Shown piece by piece: positions 27,023-36,849 of a DNA stretch of 64,000 nt. The translations under genes and the position numbers were made by a program. How positions within the stretch are numbered: the stretch's first letter is position 1; every line of letters starts with the position of its first letter. This DNA comes from Verrucomicrobiota bacterium. GTDB lineage: Bacteria; Verrucomicrobiota; Verrucomicrobiia; Chthoniobacterales; JAFAMB01. The stretch is taken from the NCBI GenBank assembly GCA_019239825.1, contig JAFAZK010000156.1, positions 3,080 to 67,079 on the forward strand. The letters run 5' to 3'. The notes beneath the pieces were generated by a model that was given only the letters and a program-made list of their open reading frames with translations, searched no databases and was not told the origin of the DNA.

Positions 27023-29692
27023 TCACTGCTTGCTGCTGATGGTTTTCTGATTGCTGGTTGGTGATTGCTCGCCTGCCCGCGAGACTTGCCTGAGTGGATC
27101 GATGATCTGCGCTCGAACCAGAGAGTCGGGAAAAGCGATCGTCAGCTCGACCATTGCACCTCTCGACCAGTCGCGGTCAGGTCCACCGCCGTCAAAGAGG
27201 AGGTTGCCGACCGAATAAAATACGGGATGGCCGTGAACCGATTCGTGATCGAGAAGATGGTGTGGCCCCGACCCGATGACAATGCTAGCGCCGGCATCAA
27301 TCCAATCGGCGGCTCTTTTCCGGCAAAGCGCTCGGCCAGCCTCAGCATCCCAATGGCAAAGGACGATGCAAAACTGACCGGCGCCAGACGCCTCACTGAT
27401 GTTTTGCTGGAGTATGTCTGAATCCCAAGGGCAAATCCCGCTTTCACTTGCGCTGGCAATCGGAGAACAAAAGCTTGGATCTGCGCAACCGAACACGGCC
27501 ACCCGAACTCGCTTACGCTCGAAGCGTGCCGGCGCGCAGGCAGTGGTTAGGTTCGAGCCGCCTCCAATCGGAGTTATGCCCGCCTTGTGCAAGCCTGAAA
27601 TAGTTTGCTTAAAGCCACGCGGACCAAAATCACCGGTGTGATTGTTAGCCACTAACATGCCGGAGAAACCAGCCTTAGCGATCAACGGCGCCGCTTCCAG
27701 TGGGGCCTGGAAACAGTAAGGTTTAGATTCAGGAGCAAGATTAGGAGCGCAGAGGCTGCATTCCAGATTAGCAAAGGCTAGATCTGCCCGGTGGTTAGCC
27801 TCACTGCACGGCCGCAAAACGTCTGAGCCGGCTAGAATTCTCTTTTTAATGGTTCTGCCGAGCATGACATCACCACCGAGGACCACCCGAATTGCCTGCT
27901 CCGGCCGAGGCACACTCAAGACCGAGAAGCGACGTCTGGCTTTGGTTAGTTTCGCCAAAGGCACAATCTCAGGGCGTCCCTCCAATTGGTGAACCACCAA
28001 GTCGTTCAATCCGAGCCAGCCCGGACGCTCGGTACGCCAAACCGCCGCCACATGGTTGTCAAAAATAATAACAATACCGCTTTTAAGATCATCTGTTTGA
28101 ACCGGGGTTAATTGCTCAGGATTCGTAACGGATTGGTCGAGATCGACTCTCGCCAGAAGATTGAGCCGTGGGATCAGGTGCTTAGCGTCCGACCATGGAA
28201 TCTGCCAACCACATTGGCGTAAGCCGTAGATGATAAAATTGGCACAATCTGCGCCCAGCTTGAGTTCGGGTCCGGTGGCTCCCAAACGGGCCAAGCTGCT
28301 GCCAAAAAAGAGATAAGGAAGGTTGAATTCGGAAGAGATTGCTTCTTGAAATGGTGAAGCGTCGTCGGCAACACTGATCAGTCGAACCGCCTTGGAGACG
28401 AAGACTCCTGCAGTCGTTTCAATCTGGGCAAAGACCTCGGCAACGCCATAGCCGGTTTTTGGATCGAAAGCACCGAGAAGCGATGAGCCTTGTAAGACCG
28501 ATTCATCAGACAATAACGCTGGCTCGCGATAGATCCAACGCGATGCCCGTTCCGCAAACTCGAACTCTTCAACGCTAAGGTTGTAACTGTCGGCGGTGGA
28601 ACGGAGACAATACCAGCGGATACTTTTAGTGTCCGGTGGAACCGCTGTGGCTAAGCTGAAGCTGGCTAGCTCGGCATGCTTGATCGTGACAGAAGGCGGC
28701 ACGGAGCGATTGCGAGCGCGGATCTCAGGCGCATTCGGGACCGGCACACTTAAGAATTGACGCCAACGGTCCGGCTGATCCGTTACGTTGAGCCGCTCCG
28801 CCTGACAGACCAAACAGTTCCGCGTGCTTTCACCTAGTTGTTCCAGGGAAAGTCTGGGAATGGGTTGGTTGTCCTTCCTTAACTGATTTGCCCGATTGGA
28901 GGTGTCGACGCCGGTCTTCGCGAATGGCTCGAATTCAATGTCGGCATTCGCAACTCGGCAAGAATATTCCACCGCTAAAGCCAGTAGCTGATCGGCTTGC
29001 CGGGCATCTCGCAGATAGGGAGTCGAGATTGAAAAGGTAACGGCCGCGAGATTTTTGATAGTTAACACCAGAAGGAAGATCTCTTTAAACCGCTGCTCAA
29101 GATCCGTGTCCTGAGTATTGGCAAAGAAATCGAGATCGATTGAGACAACAATCGGTTGCTCGGGTCGATCCAAGGCAGATAGTTGAACCTTTAGCCGGTT
29201 CAAATCAGTAACGCTGTAGCTATGGGATAAATTCTTTTCCAGCCGCGGACAGACTTCCTCATGGCCGTCTAAGAAAAGGCGGCATTCGTTTTCGAGATGA
29301 AAAATTTGGGCGGGCTGGAGAGTATAAGGTGGCACCCAGATAACTTGCGCCAATGGGCGTGGCATCAGCGGCTCGATCCAGTTGTAACATTGGATCTTCC
29401 CGGATTCTCGCCATCCCTGAAATAACGCCTCTTTGGTGGGCAAACCGTTGGCCGATCGGATTGCTGCCCGAATAGCATCTGAATTGAAAATCGCCGACGC
29501 ATCGGAGTGCGCATCGAACAGGAGAAACGTGTGCGGGCGATCCAGATCGAGGTGTTCAGCTAAGAAGTAAAACGAACCCGCATGAGAGTCTTCAATGTAA
29601 ATTGGTAACTCGGAGGAGCTCGCCAAGGCCTGACTGAATCCGGCGCCGGCCATGGCGGCGATCACCCAGCCACGAACTAAACGGCCGATCAT
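27023..29692 (-). CDS. Secreted multidomain protein: UPF0489/arginase-like N-domain, Cys-His peptidase-like middle region, CapA (PGA_cap) metallophosphatase-like C-domain
   Basis: Signal peptide. N-domain motifs EDSHAGSFYF, LLFDAHSDA and VSIDLDFF. Middle region GADCANFIIYGLRQCG followed by FDNHVAAVW. C-domain VVLGGDVMLGR, FANLE, ANNHTGDFG and GSGPHH, as in CapA family proteins. Confidence 0.7.
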   Translation of the reverse strand: MIGRLVRGWVIAAMAGAGFSQALASSSELPIYIEDSHAGSFYFLAEHLDLDRPHTFLLFDAHSDASAIFNSDAIRAAIRSANGLPTKEALFQGWRESGKIQCYNWIEPLMPRPLAQVIWVPPYTLQPAQIFHLENECRLFLDGHEEVCPRLEKNLSHSYSVTDLNRLKVQLSALDRPEQPIVVSIDLDFFANTQDTDLEQRFKEIFLLVLTIKNLAAVTFSISTPYLRDARQADQLLALAVEYSCRVANADIEFEPFAKTGVDTSNRANQLRKDNQPIPRLSLEQLGESTRNCLVCQAERLNVTDQPDRWRQFLSVPVPNAPEIRARNRSVPPSVTIKHAELASFSLATAVPPDTKSIRWYCLRSTADSYNLSVEEFEFAERASRWIYREPALLSDESVLQGSSLLGAFDPKTGYGVAEVFAQIETTAGVFVSKAVRLISVADDASPFQEAISSEFNLPYLFFGSSLARLGATGPELKLGADCANFIIYGLRQCGWQIPWSDAKHLIPRLNLLARVDLDQSVTNPEQLTPVQTDDLKSGIVIIFDNHVAAVWRTERPGWLGLNDLVVHQLEGRPEIVPLAKLTKARRRFSVLSVPRPEQAIRVVLGGDVMLGRTIKKRILAGSDVLRPCSEANHRADLAFANLECSLCAPNLAPESKPYCFQAPLEAAPLIAKAGFSGMLVANNHTGDFGPRGFKQTISGLHKAGITPIGGGSNLTTACAPARFERKRVRVAVFGCADPSFCSPIASASESGICPWDSDILQQNISEASGAGQFCIVLCHWDAEAGRALCRKRAADWIDAGASIVIGSGPHHLLDHESVHGHPVFYSVGNLLFDGGGPDRDWSRGAMVELTIAFPDSLVRAQIIDPLRQVSRAGEQSPTSNQKTISSKQ

Positions 29693-31023
29693 CTGGCCGG
29701 ATGGACCTCCGGCTCTTTGGTGAGATTGCGCAAAAGTCGGATTCGAGTGATGCAGGTATCCTGATACTTGGCGCCGGGGTAAACCTGGCGAATCGTTAAG
29801 CGGATAGTTCGCACCAGGTCTGTGGTTTCAGGTAGCTTAATATTGAATGGATCCATTTGATCGGGCAATTCGACCGTGACCGGGTCACCGCCGTTAACGC
29901 TGAGATCAATTTTCTTGATCCGATTATTAGCCCGAAACAGAGAGTCTGAGGTAGCCAATCCATTGGTAATTTGAAGCATGTCTAACAAAACCGGAACCGC
30001 GGCATTCAGCTCAAGCCATTCGCCTTCTCCATTCCCCGTGACTCCTTCTGCCCAGCAACTGCTTGGGTCTACATCGCCGCTAAATTTATTGACATTGCCC
30101 GGCTTGTATCTATCTCCCTTCAGGCTAGAGGAGGCGGTGGCTTTGAAGTCGGTCAATTCAAATTGCCAGCGGTCTCCCGTCGAGCTGTATCGGCCGCCTT
30201 CCACCCGGTCGGCGCCGTCGCCCTGTACAGAGGGATAAGACTTGATTTCAGGAGAGGTTTCGATGGCGATATCGTCCGAAAACGTCGGCTTGAAATCAGC
30301 GAAATCCCAAATCCAGGTATCTTTGTCTGAGCGTTGAAATCGTCCTGGCTTGCCGCCCCGGATTTTTACGTCGTCTGGATTAACCGACCTTGCTCGAACC
30401 ACGACATGGCCGTGCTTGATACGTCCAGCCCAGATCGCTGCCGTCGAGAAAAGATAAGTTAACGACTTGGGGTAAATATGCTCATCATCTGAAATGGTCT
30501 CAGTATATTCGCCATAAGGCGCCCGGTAACTAACGGTCAGTACTCGATGCTGCTTAGGAGCGAAGTCGAGCCTGAAGGTGTACCACCTGGGGATTTTGAT
30601 ATCCAGTTCCTCTTGGATTCCCTCGACCCTGGGTGCGTCGCCCCCCTTTACGCTGTAAGCGACGGGCTTGTCATCGGCCGTGATAACGAAATCGCTGAAC
30701 ACTGCGGTTTTTCCAGCATCTTGCTCATCATCCATTTCGCTTTTTAGAGCAACACACGGAAAAGCGGCCAATGTCGTCGTCGGACTTCCCGGATTAAAGA
30801 AGTCGTAGCGGACACGAACCGTCGCCGTCTGAGCAAATAGGTCGATCTTCAGATCTTCTGTCTGCATCTCCACATTTTGCAGATTCACTGGGGAAAACTT
30901 GTTACGAGCGACTTGGCCTGAGGTGGGATTGCCATGGATGTTGACTCCGGAGCCGTAGCCACCGCCGTTAGCGAGGCACAATGTAGACCAACTGGCCAGA
31001 ACCAGGATTGAGCCGACTTTCAT
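29689..31023 (-). CDS. Secreted protein with C-terminal discoidin-like (NADase-type glycan-binding-like) domain
   Basis: Signal peptide MKVGSILVLASWSTLCLA. C-terminal SSCWAEGVTGNGEGEWLEL...NNRIKKIDL...IRQVYPGAKYQDTCITRIRLL pattern. The stop overlaps the downstream start (ATGA at 29689-29692). Confidence 0.65.
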   Translation of the reverse strand: MKVGSILVLASWSTLCLANGGGYGSGVNIHGNPTSGQVARNKFSPVNLQNVEMQTEDLKIDLFAQTATVRVRYDFFNPGSPTTTLAAFPCVALKSEMDDEQDAGKTAVFSDFVITADDKPVAYSVKGGDAPRVEGIQEELDIKIPRWYTFRLDFAPKQHRVLTVSYRAPYGEYTETISDDEHIYPKSLTYLFSTAAIWAGRIKHGHVVVRARSVNPDDVKIRGGKPGRFQRSDKDTWIWDFADFKPTFSDDIAIETSPEIKSYPSVQGDGADRVEGGRYSSTGDRWQFELTDFKATASSSLKGDRYKPGNVNKFSGDVDPSSCWAEGVTGNGEGEWLELNAAVPVLLDMLQITNGLATSDSLFRANNRIKKIDLSVNGGDPVTVELPDQMDPFNIKLPETTDLVRTIRLTIRQVYPGAKYQDTCITRIRLLRNLTKEPEVHPAR

Positions 31024-31238
31024 AAAACCTCTTATTTACTAAATCGGCTCGACTAGAACAACGCTAATGAGTTAAAGTGGGAAAACCTGCCTCGTATGCC
31101 GCTCCTAACGGGTGCCAAAATCGATTCGAAATCGCAAACAGAGTAACGACCGCTCCAGGTCGGCACCGAAGAATTCGTGCAGATAAAATACCTCCGGTTT
31201 GGTGGCCTCTATAAATGAAGTAGCGTGTAGAGCGCGAT

Positions 31239-32036
31239 ATGAATCTACTCATCAAACCCAAGAAGGACTCTCAAGAAATCGTCCAGGTAACCCCCGAGTC
31301 TGCCGCATGGGGTTATGTCAGCTTTTCCGCCTACCAATTGCCGCCCGGACAAACGCTCACGCTGACAGAAGATAGCAAAGAGCTTTGTGCGATCGTCTTG
31401 ACCGGGACCGTCTCGGCTGAGGCCGGAGGTCAGAATTGGAAAGGGATCGGCGGACGTAAAAGCGTGTTTGACGATACCGCACCTTACGCGATTTACGCAC
31501 CACCGCGCACCAAGCTCACGGTCACGGCCACGACAGAGACTGAGCTGGCCATTGGCGCTGCACCTGGCAAGGGCACGCTCCCAGCTCGTCTGATTGAGCC
31601 TGCCGATATGCGTAGACTCTCACGCGGCAAGGGCACCAATGTACGCCACGTCTGCGAAATCTTGCCGGAAAGCCAACCTGCTGAATCACTCTTAATTTTC
31701 GAAGTAATAACTCCGAGCTCACACTCTTCCAGCTATCCGCCGCACAAGCACGACATCGACAATCTGCCAACCGAAAGTCTGCTTGAAGAAACTTACTACC
31801 ACCGCATCAATCCACCGCAGGGCTTCATCTTCCAGCGCGTCTATACAGACTCTCGCGACATCGATGAATCAATGGCGGTCGAAGATCGCGATGTCGTTCT
31901 TGTCCCTCGAGGCTATCATCCGGTGGTTGTTCCTCACGGTTATGAATCCTACTATCTCAATGTCATGGCGGGCCCGAAACGGATTTGGAAATTCCAGAAC
32001 GACCCGGCACATGATTGGATCGTATCAGGAAGTTAA
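31239..32036 (+). CDS. iolB: 5-deoxy-glucuronate isomerase (IolB/KduI family)
   Basis: 265-aa cupin protein with an IolB-like N-terminus, and YPPHKHD...EETYYH and GYHPVV motifs. Confidence 0.8.
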   Translation: MNLLIKPKKDSQEIVQVTPESAAWGYVSFSAYQLPPGQTLTLTEDSKELCAIVLTGTVSAEAGGQNWKGIGGRKSVFDDTAPYAIYAPPRTKLTVTATTETELAIGAAPGKGTLPARLIEPADMRRLSRGKGTNVRHVCEILPESQPAESLLIFEVITPSSHSSSYPPHKHDIDNLPTESLLEETYYHRINPPQGFIFQRVYTDSRDIDESMAVEDRDVVLVPRGYHPVVVPHGYESYYLNVMAGPKRIWKFQNDPAHDWIVSGS

Positions 32037-32157
32037 TACAGCCAGAGGAACTCCCGAAATCAATGCCGGCGGTTCGCCCCAACCTTTCTCGGGTTTCGCT
32101 GGCGAGGCTGCGGATTGGGTGCTTTTTCAGGTTCCAGGCTGCGGGCTGGGGTCTTGC

Positions 32158-32976
32158 TCACCGTTTGGATTTAGCCCGCCACCTAGCAAACCAGACTCCC
32201 CCTAACGCGAGCAATCCTGCGGCCACACACGAAAAGACGATGGTAGGATCAACGTGGCTAAGCGATTGTAGAAAAGGGCCTATTGTCGGACTGTCCAGCA
32301 GGCTCGCTTGTCGGGCCAAGGGCGGTTGGAGGTGAGCGCTTGAGCCGATCTGCTCGAAAACTCGTTGCCACGAAGCGAAATCTTCTTTAGTCGAGTAGAA
32401 GCTGAGAGTGGCTAGCCCTTTGTCGGTTGGCATCATCACGTTCATGAACTTGACGTCTCCCGTGGTTACTTCCACCCATACGGCTCCGTCTTTCCAGGCG
32501 TAGCGCCCGAGTTGGGACCCACTCTTTTCAACACTTTGTCGAATGCTTTGCTCCATCCGCTGTAGCTGCCAATCAGCCATCCGGCTGCCGTTCTTGATGG
32601 TCACTAACAGATAGGGATAAGCAAGGTTATCGCCAGCCTTCGAACTTTGAGCGCCATAGACGTGATCAACGCTCGGGCCAAGAGCTGAAACTTTTCCTCG
32701 GAGCAGGCTTGGGGAAATCTCTTGCCAAGTGGAGGGCATTCTGAGTTCTAAACCTCCGGCATTCCAAAGCCAGGATTGCTCTTGCTGGGCCGAAGCACTT
32801 GCGGTTGCCATCAGCAAAGCCCAGCTCAGCATGCGCAGCGAGGCCAGATGCTGCTTAACCGATGGACGGTGATAACTCGTCGTGCCGGTCCTGGATGAAA
32901 GCGGCGACATGGGAAGGTTGGGCCTGAATATGGGTTCGATCGAGCAAATGAGCAGGAATGTTATCAGAACGTCCAC
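32158..32976 (-). CDS. Hypothetical exported protein with C-terminal membrane anchor
   Basis: An internal ATG at 32832 gives the signal peptide MLSWALLMATASASAQQ. C-terminal TM segment IVFSCVAAGLLALGGVWFARW. The longest ORF overlaps the upstream gene by 13 nt. Confidence 0.5.
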   Translation of the reverse strand: MDVLITFLLICSIEPIFRPNLPMSPLSSRTGTTSYHRPSVKQHLASLRMLSWALLMATASASAQQEQSWLWNAGGLELRMPSTWQEISPSLLRGKVSALGPSVDHVYGAQSSKAGDNLAYPYLLVTIKNGSRMADWQLQRMEQSIRQSVEKSGSQLGRYAWKDGAVWVEVTTGDVKFMNVMMPTDKGLATLSFYSTKEDFASWQRVFEQIGSSAHLQPPLARQASLLDSPTIGPFLQSLSHVDPTIVFSCVAAGLLALGGVWFARWRAKSKR

Positions 32977-33515
32977 TCTGTCATCAGCCTTTTTCGAAGT
33001 TGCTCGATCTCAGCGACAGCTTTTCTGATTTGCGGTTCGGGCGCGTTCCGGTGTAACTCGGCCGAAAGTTTGATCAGGTCCTCGTTCATTGCAGCAACGC
33101 GGCGCCCGAGCGCCTGAGCGGTCGCCAATAACAGACTTGTGGCCCAAGCTTCTCCGTGCTGCAAAGCATCGTGTAAGGCCGAGGCTGAGATTCGCCAAAG
33201 ATGACTATCGGCGTCAGTCATTGCCGTTGCGGTTCGTGCCGTATCTGTTAGTGGGCCCATCTCGCCGAAGATGGCGCCCGCTTCGAGCTTAGCGAGTGTG
33301 CGTTCATCCTGTGTGCCTGCACCCAGTTTGATCAGGATCTTGCCGCTCAGGAGCAGGCAAATTGAATCCCCCGGATCACCTTGTCTAAACAAGATCTTTC
33401 CACTTGCCAGGCGAACCTCCTCGAGGCGAGTCGCCAAAATGTTAATCTGCTCGGCGTGGAGGGACTGAAAGCAACTGAAACGATGAGCTAGAGCGGGATC
33501 GATAGCGTTTTCCAT
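32964..33515 (-). CDS. Cyclic nucleotide-binding domain protein (no DNA-binding domain)
   Basis: cNMP-binding fold motifs ...ILFRQGDPGDSICLLLSGKILI... and FGEMGPLTDTARTATAMT. The ATG at 33515 avoids overlap with the upstream gene. Confidence 0.75.
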   Translation of the reverse strand: MENAIDPALAHRFSCFQSLHAEQINILATRLEEVRLASGKILFRQGDPGDSICLLLSGKILIKLGAGTQDERTLAKLEAGAIFGEMGPLTDTARTATAMTDADSHLWRISASALHDALQHGEAWATSLLLATAQALGRRVAAMNEDLIKLSAELHRNAPEPQIRKAVAEIEQLRKRLMTEWTF

Positions 33516-33526
33516 AAGCGTATTCG

Positions 33527-34762
33527 CTAGACACCGCGGAGCATAGCGGCTTTGGCCACGCGTCCAAGCGCTACGATGTACGCAGCCGTCCGCCAACTCA
33601 GTTTACGCGACTGCACCAGACCGCGGACTGTGGTATAAGCAGCCGTCATGATTTGGCGAAGCCGATCATTGACCTCCTTCTCAGTCCAGCGAAGGCATTG
33701 CAGGTTTTGCGTCCATTCGAAATAACTCACTGTGACACCGCCAGCATTGGCTAGGATATCCGGAATGACCGTAATGCCGCGTTGCTCTAATATTTCGTCG
33801 GCCTCCGGAGAAGTTGGGGCGTTTGCCGCTTCGACGATCACTTTAGCGCGAACTTCGCGAGCCACATCACGATTCAATACACCACCCAGCGCCGCCGGTA
33901 TCAGCACGTCCACGTCACAGGTCAGGAGTGCGTCATTGCTGATACGCGACACTCCGTCAGCTTGATAGTCTGCGAGGAGACGACGACTACGGGCGAACTC
34001 GACCAGGGCAGGAATGTCTAGACCATCTCGGTTCAAAATTCCACCAGACACATCGCTGACCGCAACCACTTTCGCCCTACGTTGGTGGGCAGAAAGGGCG
34101 GCGAACAAACCGACGTTGCCAAAACCTTGGATCGATATGGTCGCATTTTGGAGACTTTTACCGATGTCCTGAAGAAAACTCTCAGTGATACAGATAACGC
34201 CATAGCCGGTGGCGGCTTCGCGCCCTTCGCTCCCGTGGAGTTCCACCGGCTTGCCCGTGACGACCGCAGGAGAGAACCCGTGCAGCCTGGAATATTGATC
34301 CATGATCCAGGCCATCACTTGAGCATTTGTGTTCACATCAGGAGCTGGAATATCACGCTGAGGCCCGATTTCCTGGCTAATCCGTTCGATGAACTTTCGG
34401 GTGACGCGTTCCAGTTCGCCCTGCGACAGTTGTGACGGATCGCAGGCCACACCGCCTTTCGCGCCGCCAAATGGCACATTGACCACGGCAGTCTTCCAAG
34501 TCATCAGCGCCGCCAATGCCCGCACATCCTCTGGGTCCAACGCTGGATGGAAGCGCAGACCTCCTTTGGTCGGTCCTCGGGCTGAATTGTGCTGGAAACG
34601 GTAGCCACTAAACACAGCCAGTTCGCCGTTGTCCCGTTCGATGGGAACACTGACATGATGCTCGGCCTCAAGGGAGAGCAATAACTTCTCGACATGTGGC
34701 CCCAGCTTCATGATCGCGGAGGCCCTACTCAGGTAATAATTGGTGGCCTCAAACGCGTTCAT
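33527..34762 (-). CDS. Glutamate dehydrogenase (Glu/Leu/Phe/Val dehydrogenase family)
   Basis: GYRFQHNSARGPTKGGLRFHP and VPFGGAKGG catalytic-lysine motifs, and a GFGNVG Rossmann motif. ATG at 34762; the ORF is open to 34828. Confidence 0.9.
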   Translation of the reverse strand: MNAFEATNYYLSRASAIMKLGPHVEKLLLSLEAEHHVSVPIERDNGELAVFSGYRFQHNSARGPTKGGLRFHPALDPEDVRALAALMTWKTAVVNVPFGGAKGGVACDPSQLSQGELERVTRKFIERISQEIGPQRDIPAPDVNTNAQVMAWIMDQYSRLHGFSPAVVTGKPVELHGSEGREAATGYGVICITESFLQDIGKSLQNATISIQGFGNVGLFAALSAHQRRAKVVAVSDVSGGILNRDGLDIPALVEFARSRRLLADYQADGVSRISNDALLTCDVDVLIPAALGGVLNRDVAREVRAKVIVEAANAPTSPEADEILEQRGITVIPDILANAGGVTVSYFEWTQNLQCLRWTEKEVNDRLRQIMTAAYTTVRGLVQSRKLSWRTAAYIVALGRVAKAAMLRGV

Positions 34763-35168
34763 GCCGAAGCCGGAGCGAGCGCCGGTAAACGGCGGATGGG
34801 CTCGAAGGATTTTGCCAAAATTTTCCACCGTGGGTAGCGGCTCGCGGTTCTTCCTTAGCCTGGTGCTTCGGGTGAGGGAGGCGCGCTTTAGTGCAGATCA
34901 GCAAATCGTTAGTCCGCGCCTCATACATTCCGTCGCCCTCAAGGCTTTGCATCTTCTGCAGGTACGGGAACTCGTCTTCGTTCATTGATGCGGCTATTGA
35001 GAGCCTCTCGTCTAACGGCCGCATCGTATAGCGCTCTGCTACAACGAGTTCAAGCTCAAATCCGGCACAAACAGGTGTTCCCCACGCGTTGGACGGTGCT
35101 AAAAGTAAGCCGTTTCATTGTGTAGCCGTTATGGTATCAAAAAGCGACTCATTTGACAGCCTGGTTAT

Positions 35169-36524
35169 ATGGAAGACGCAGCGGGGTCAGCCTCTTTTGA
35201 AAAGCAACGGACGGAGCCTGATTGGGTCCAACATGCAATTTGGTGGCATGTTTATCCATTGGGTTTCGTGGGAGCGGAAACGGTAGCGGAGGCTAAATCG
35301 AAATCTCACCGGATCAGGCACCTTATCGATTGGCTTGATTATGTCGTGGAACTCGGTATTTCCGGGATTCTCCTTGGGCCAATCTTTTCATCTTCTACCC
35401 ACGGATATGACACGATCGACTACTTTGAGATCGATCCGAGGCTTGGTGATTGCGAGGACTTCTTGAAACTGGTGAAGGCTGCGAAAGACAGGGGACTTCG
35501 TGTCATCCTAGACGGTGTCTTTAACCATGTCGGCTCAGGGTTTCCAATCTTTCAACACGCTGTAGATGCGGGCGGAGATACACCCGAATCGAGATGGTTT
35601 CGGCGAAAACCCTCGGTAAATAACGTCGGTTTAGAAGCAGGATATGAAGATTTCGAGGGCCACCCTGATCTCATCGCTCTGAATCATGCGAATTCAGAGG
35701 TTGCCGAATTCGTAATACGGGTGATGTGCCACTGGTTAAGTACAGGGATAGACGGCTGGCGTCTCGATGCCGCTTACGCTGTGCCTACTGAATTCTGGGC
35801 CGAGGTCCTTCATCGGGTACGCGCGATTTTCCCAGAGGCCTATTTTGTTGGTGAAGTTATTCATGGTGACTACACGTCCGTGGTGAAGCGTGCAGGCCTG
35901 GATTCTGTAACCCAATATGAAGTATGGAAAGCGATCTGGAGTTCTATTAACGATCGGAATTTCTTTGAGCTGGGCTGGGCTCTGAATCGCCACAACGCGT
36001 GCCTGGAATCATTCATCCCTCTGACCTTTGTTGGCAATCATGATGTTACCAGGATAGCCAGTCAAATCCAAGACGTCCGGCACCTCGATCATGCAATGCT
36101 TATATTGCTAACGATCGGCGGAACGCCAAGCGTTTACTATGGTGACGAACAGGCTTACCGCGCAACTAAGGAACAGAGAGTCGGAGGCGACGATGCCATT
36201 AGGCCGGCATTCCCTGAAGAGGGACGTGAGGCGTTGGCTCCGGCTGGCTGGGAAATGTACCGTCTCCACCAGCAATTGATCGGTCTGCGACGTCGCAATG
36301 CGTGGCTTCACGGAGCGAAAACTCACATCATCCAGCTGGGCAATACACAGTTGGCCTACCAGTCCGTCTGGCAAAATCAGCGAATTGTCGTCGCACTCAA
36401 CCTGGACGATAAGCCTATGGCGTTTTCGTTCTCTCAGGTGAAAAACCTGCTTCTCGGAGAAGGCACCATTCAGCACGACAGTCATCTCGCTATCCCTCCG
36501 AACCGTTGGGCGGTTTTTGCCTGA
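35169..36524 (+). CDS. GH13 alpha-amylase family glycosyl hydrolase
   Basis: Conserved regions DGVFNHVG, GWRLDAAY, GEVIHGD and FVGNHD. 451 aa. Confidence 0.85.
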   Translation: MEDAAGSASFEKQRTEPDWVQHAIWWHVYPLGFVGAETVAEAKSKSHRIRHLIDWLDYVVELGISGILLGPIFSSSTHGYDTIDYFEIDPRLGDCEDFLKLVKAAKDRGLRVILDGVFNHVGSGFPIFQHAVDAGGDTPESRWFRRKPSVNNVGLEAGYEDFEGHPDLIALNHANSEVAEFVIRVMCHWLSTGIDGWRLDAAYAVPTEFWAEVLHRVRAIFPEAYFVGEVIHGDYTSVVKRAGLDSVTQYEVWKAIWSSINDRNFFELGWALNRHNACLESFIPLTFVGNHDVTRIASQIQDVRHLDHAMLILLTIGGTPSVYYGDEQAYRATKEQRVGGDDAIRPAFPEEGREALAPAGWEMYRLHQQLIGLRRRNAWLHGAKTHIIQLGNTQLAYQSVWQNQRIVVALNLDDKPMAFSFSQVKNLLLGEGTIQHDSHLAIPPNRWAVFA

Positions 36525-36849
36525 CATGACATAAATTCCAAATCCGGCACAATGGATTATTTCTGCCGGTGCAGTGGAACTACCTTCTTTGGTTCCGATA
36601 CGGAGAGAAATGACCGTCGCCCGGGGTCACGATAGAGTTCTGCATTTGGGGATGAGCTTGAAGTTCTCCCGACGTTTACCTCTTCGGCCCGAAGCGAAAC
36701 TCCTAGATTCTGGCTCCTGGCTCCTTCTATTTAAGTAGCGACACGCCGGTAGCATCTCTTCGCATTGTCATCTTAATGCGACGTGCTTGGCTCAAAGCCG
36801 TGATGCGAGCTAACCTTGCTAACCGTCCCGCCGACAATATTTTTGAGTA

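Noticed and set aside
26693-27050. ORFs 26693-26914 (-) and 26856-27050 (+) between the encapsulin locus and the large secreted protein gene.
   Set aside because: They are low-complexity and overlapping. The plus-strand ORF simply translates the dispersed CCGCAGATGAACGCGGAT repeat motif (…TADERGFKK…), a known source of spurious ORFs.
31239-32036. IolB as a marker of a myo-inositol catabolic operon.
   Set aside because: No other iol genes (iolC/D/E/G) are adjacent. The gene stands alone between unrelated operons, so no pathway cluster can be claimed.
35057-36552. 14-bp direct repeat CAAATCCGGCACAA (35057-35070 and 36539-36552) flanking the GH13 gene at 35169-36524, considered as a target-site duplication or shared operator.
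   Set aside because: A few exact 14-mer coincidences are expected by chance in 64 kb. The flanks do not extend the match, and no mobile-element features accompany it.
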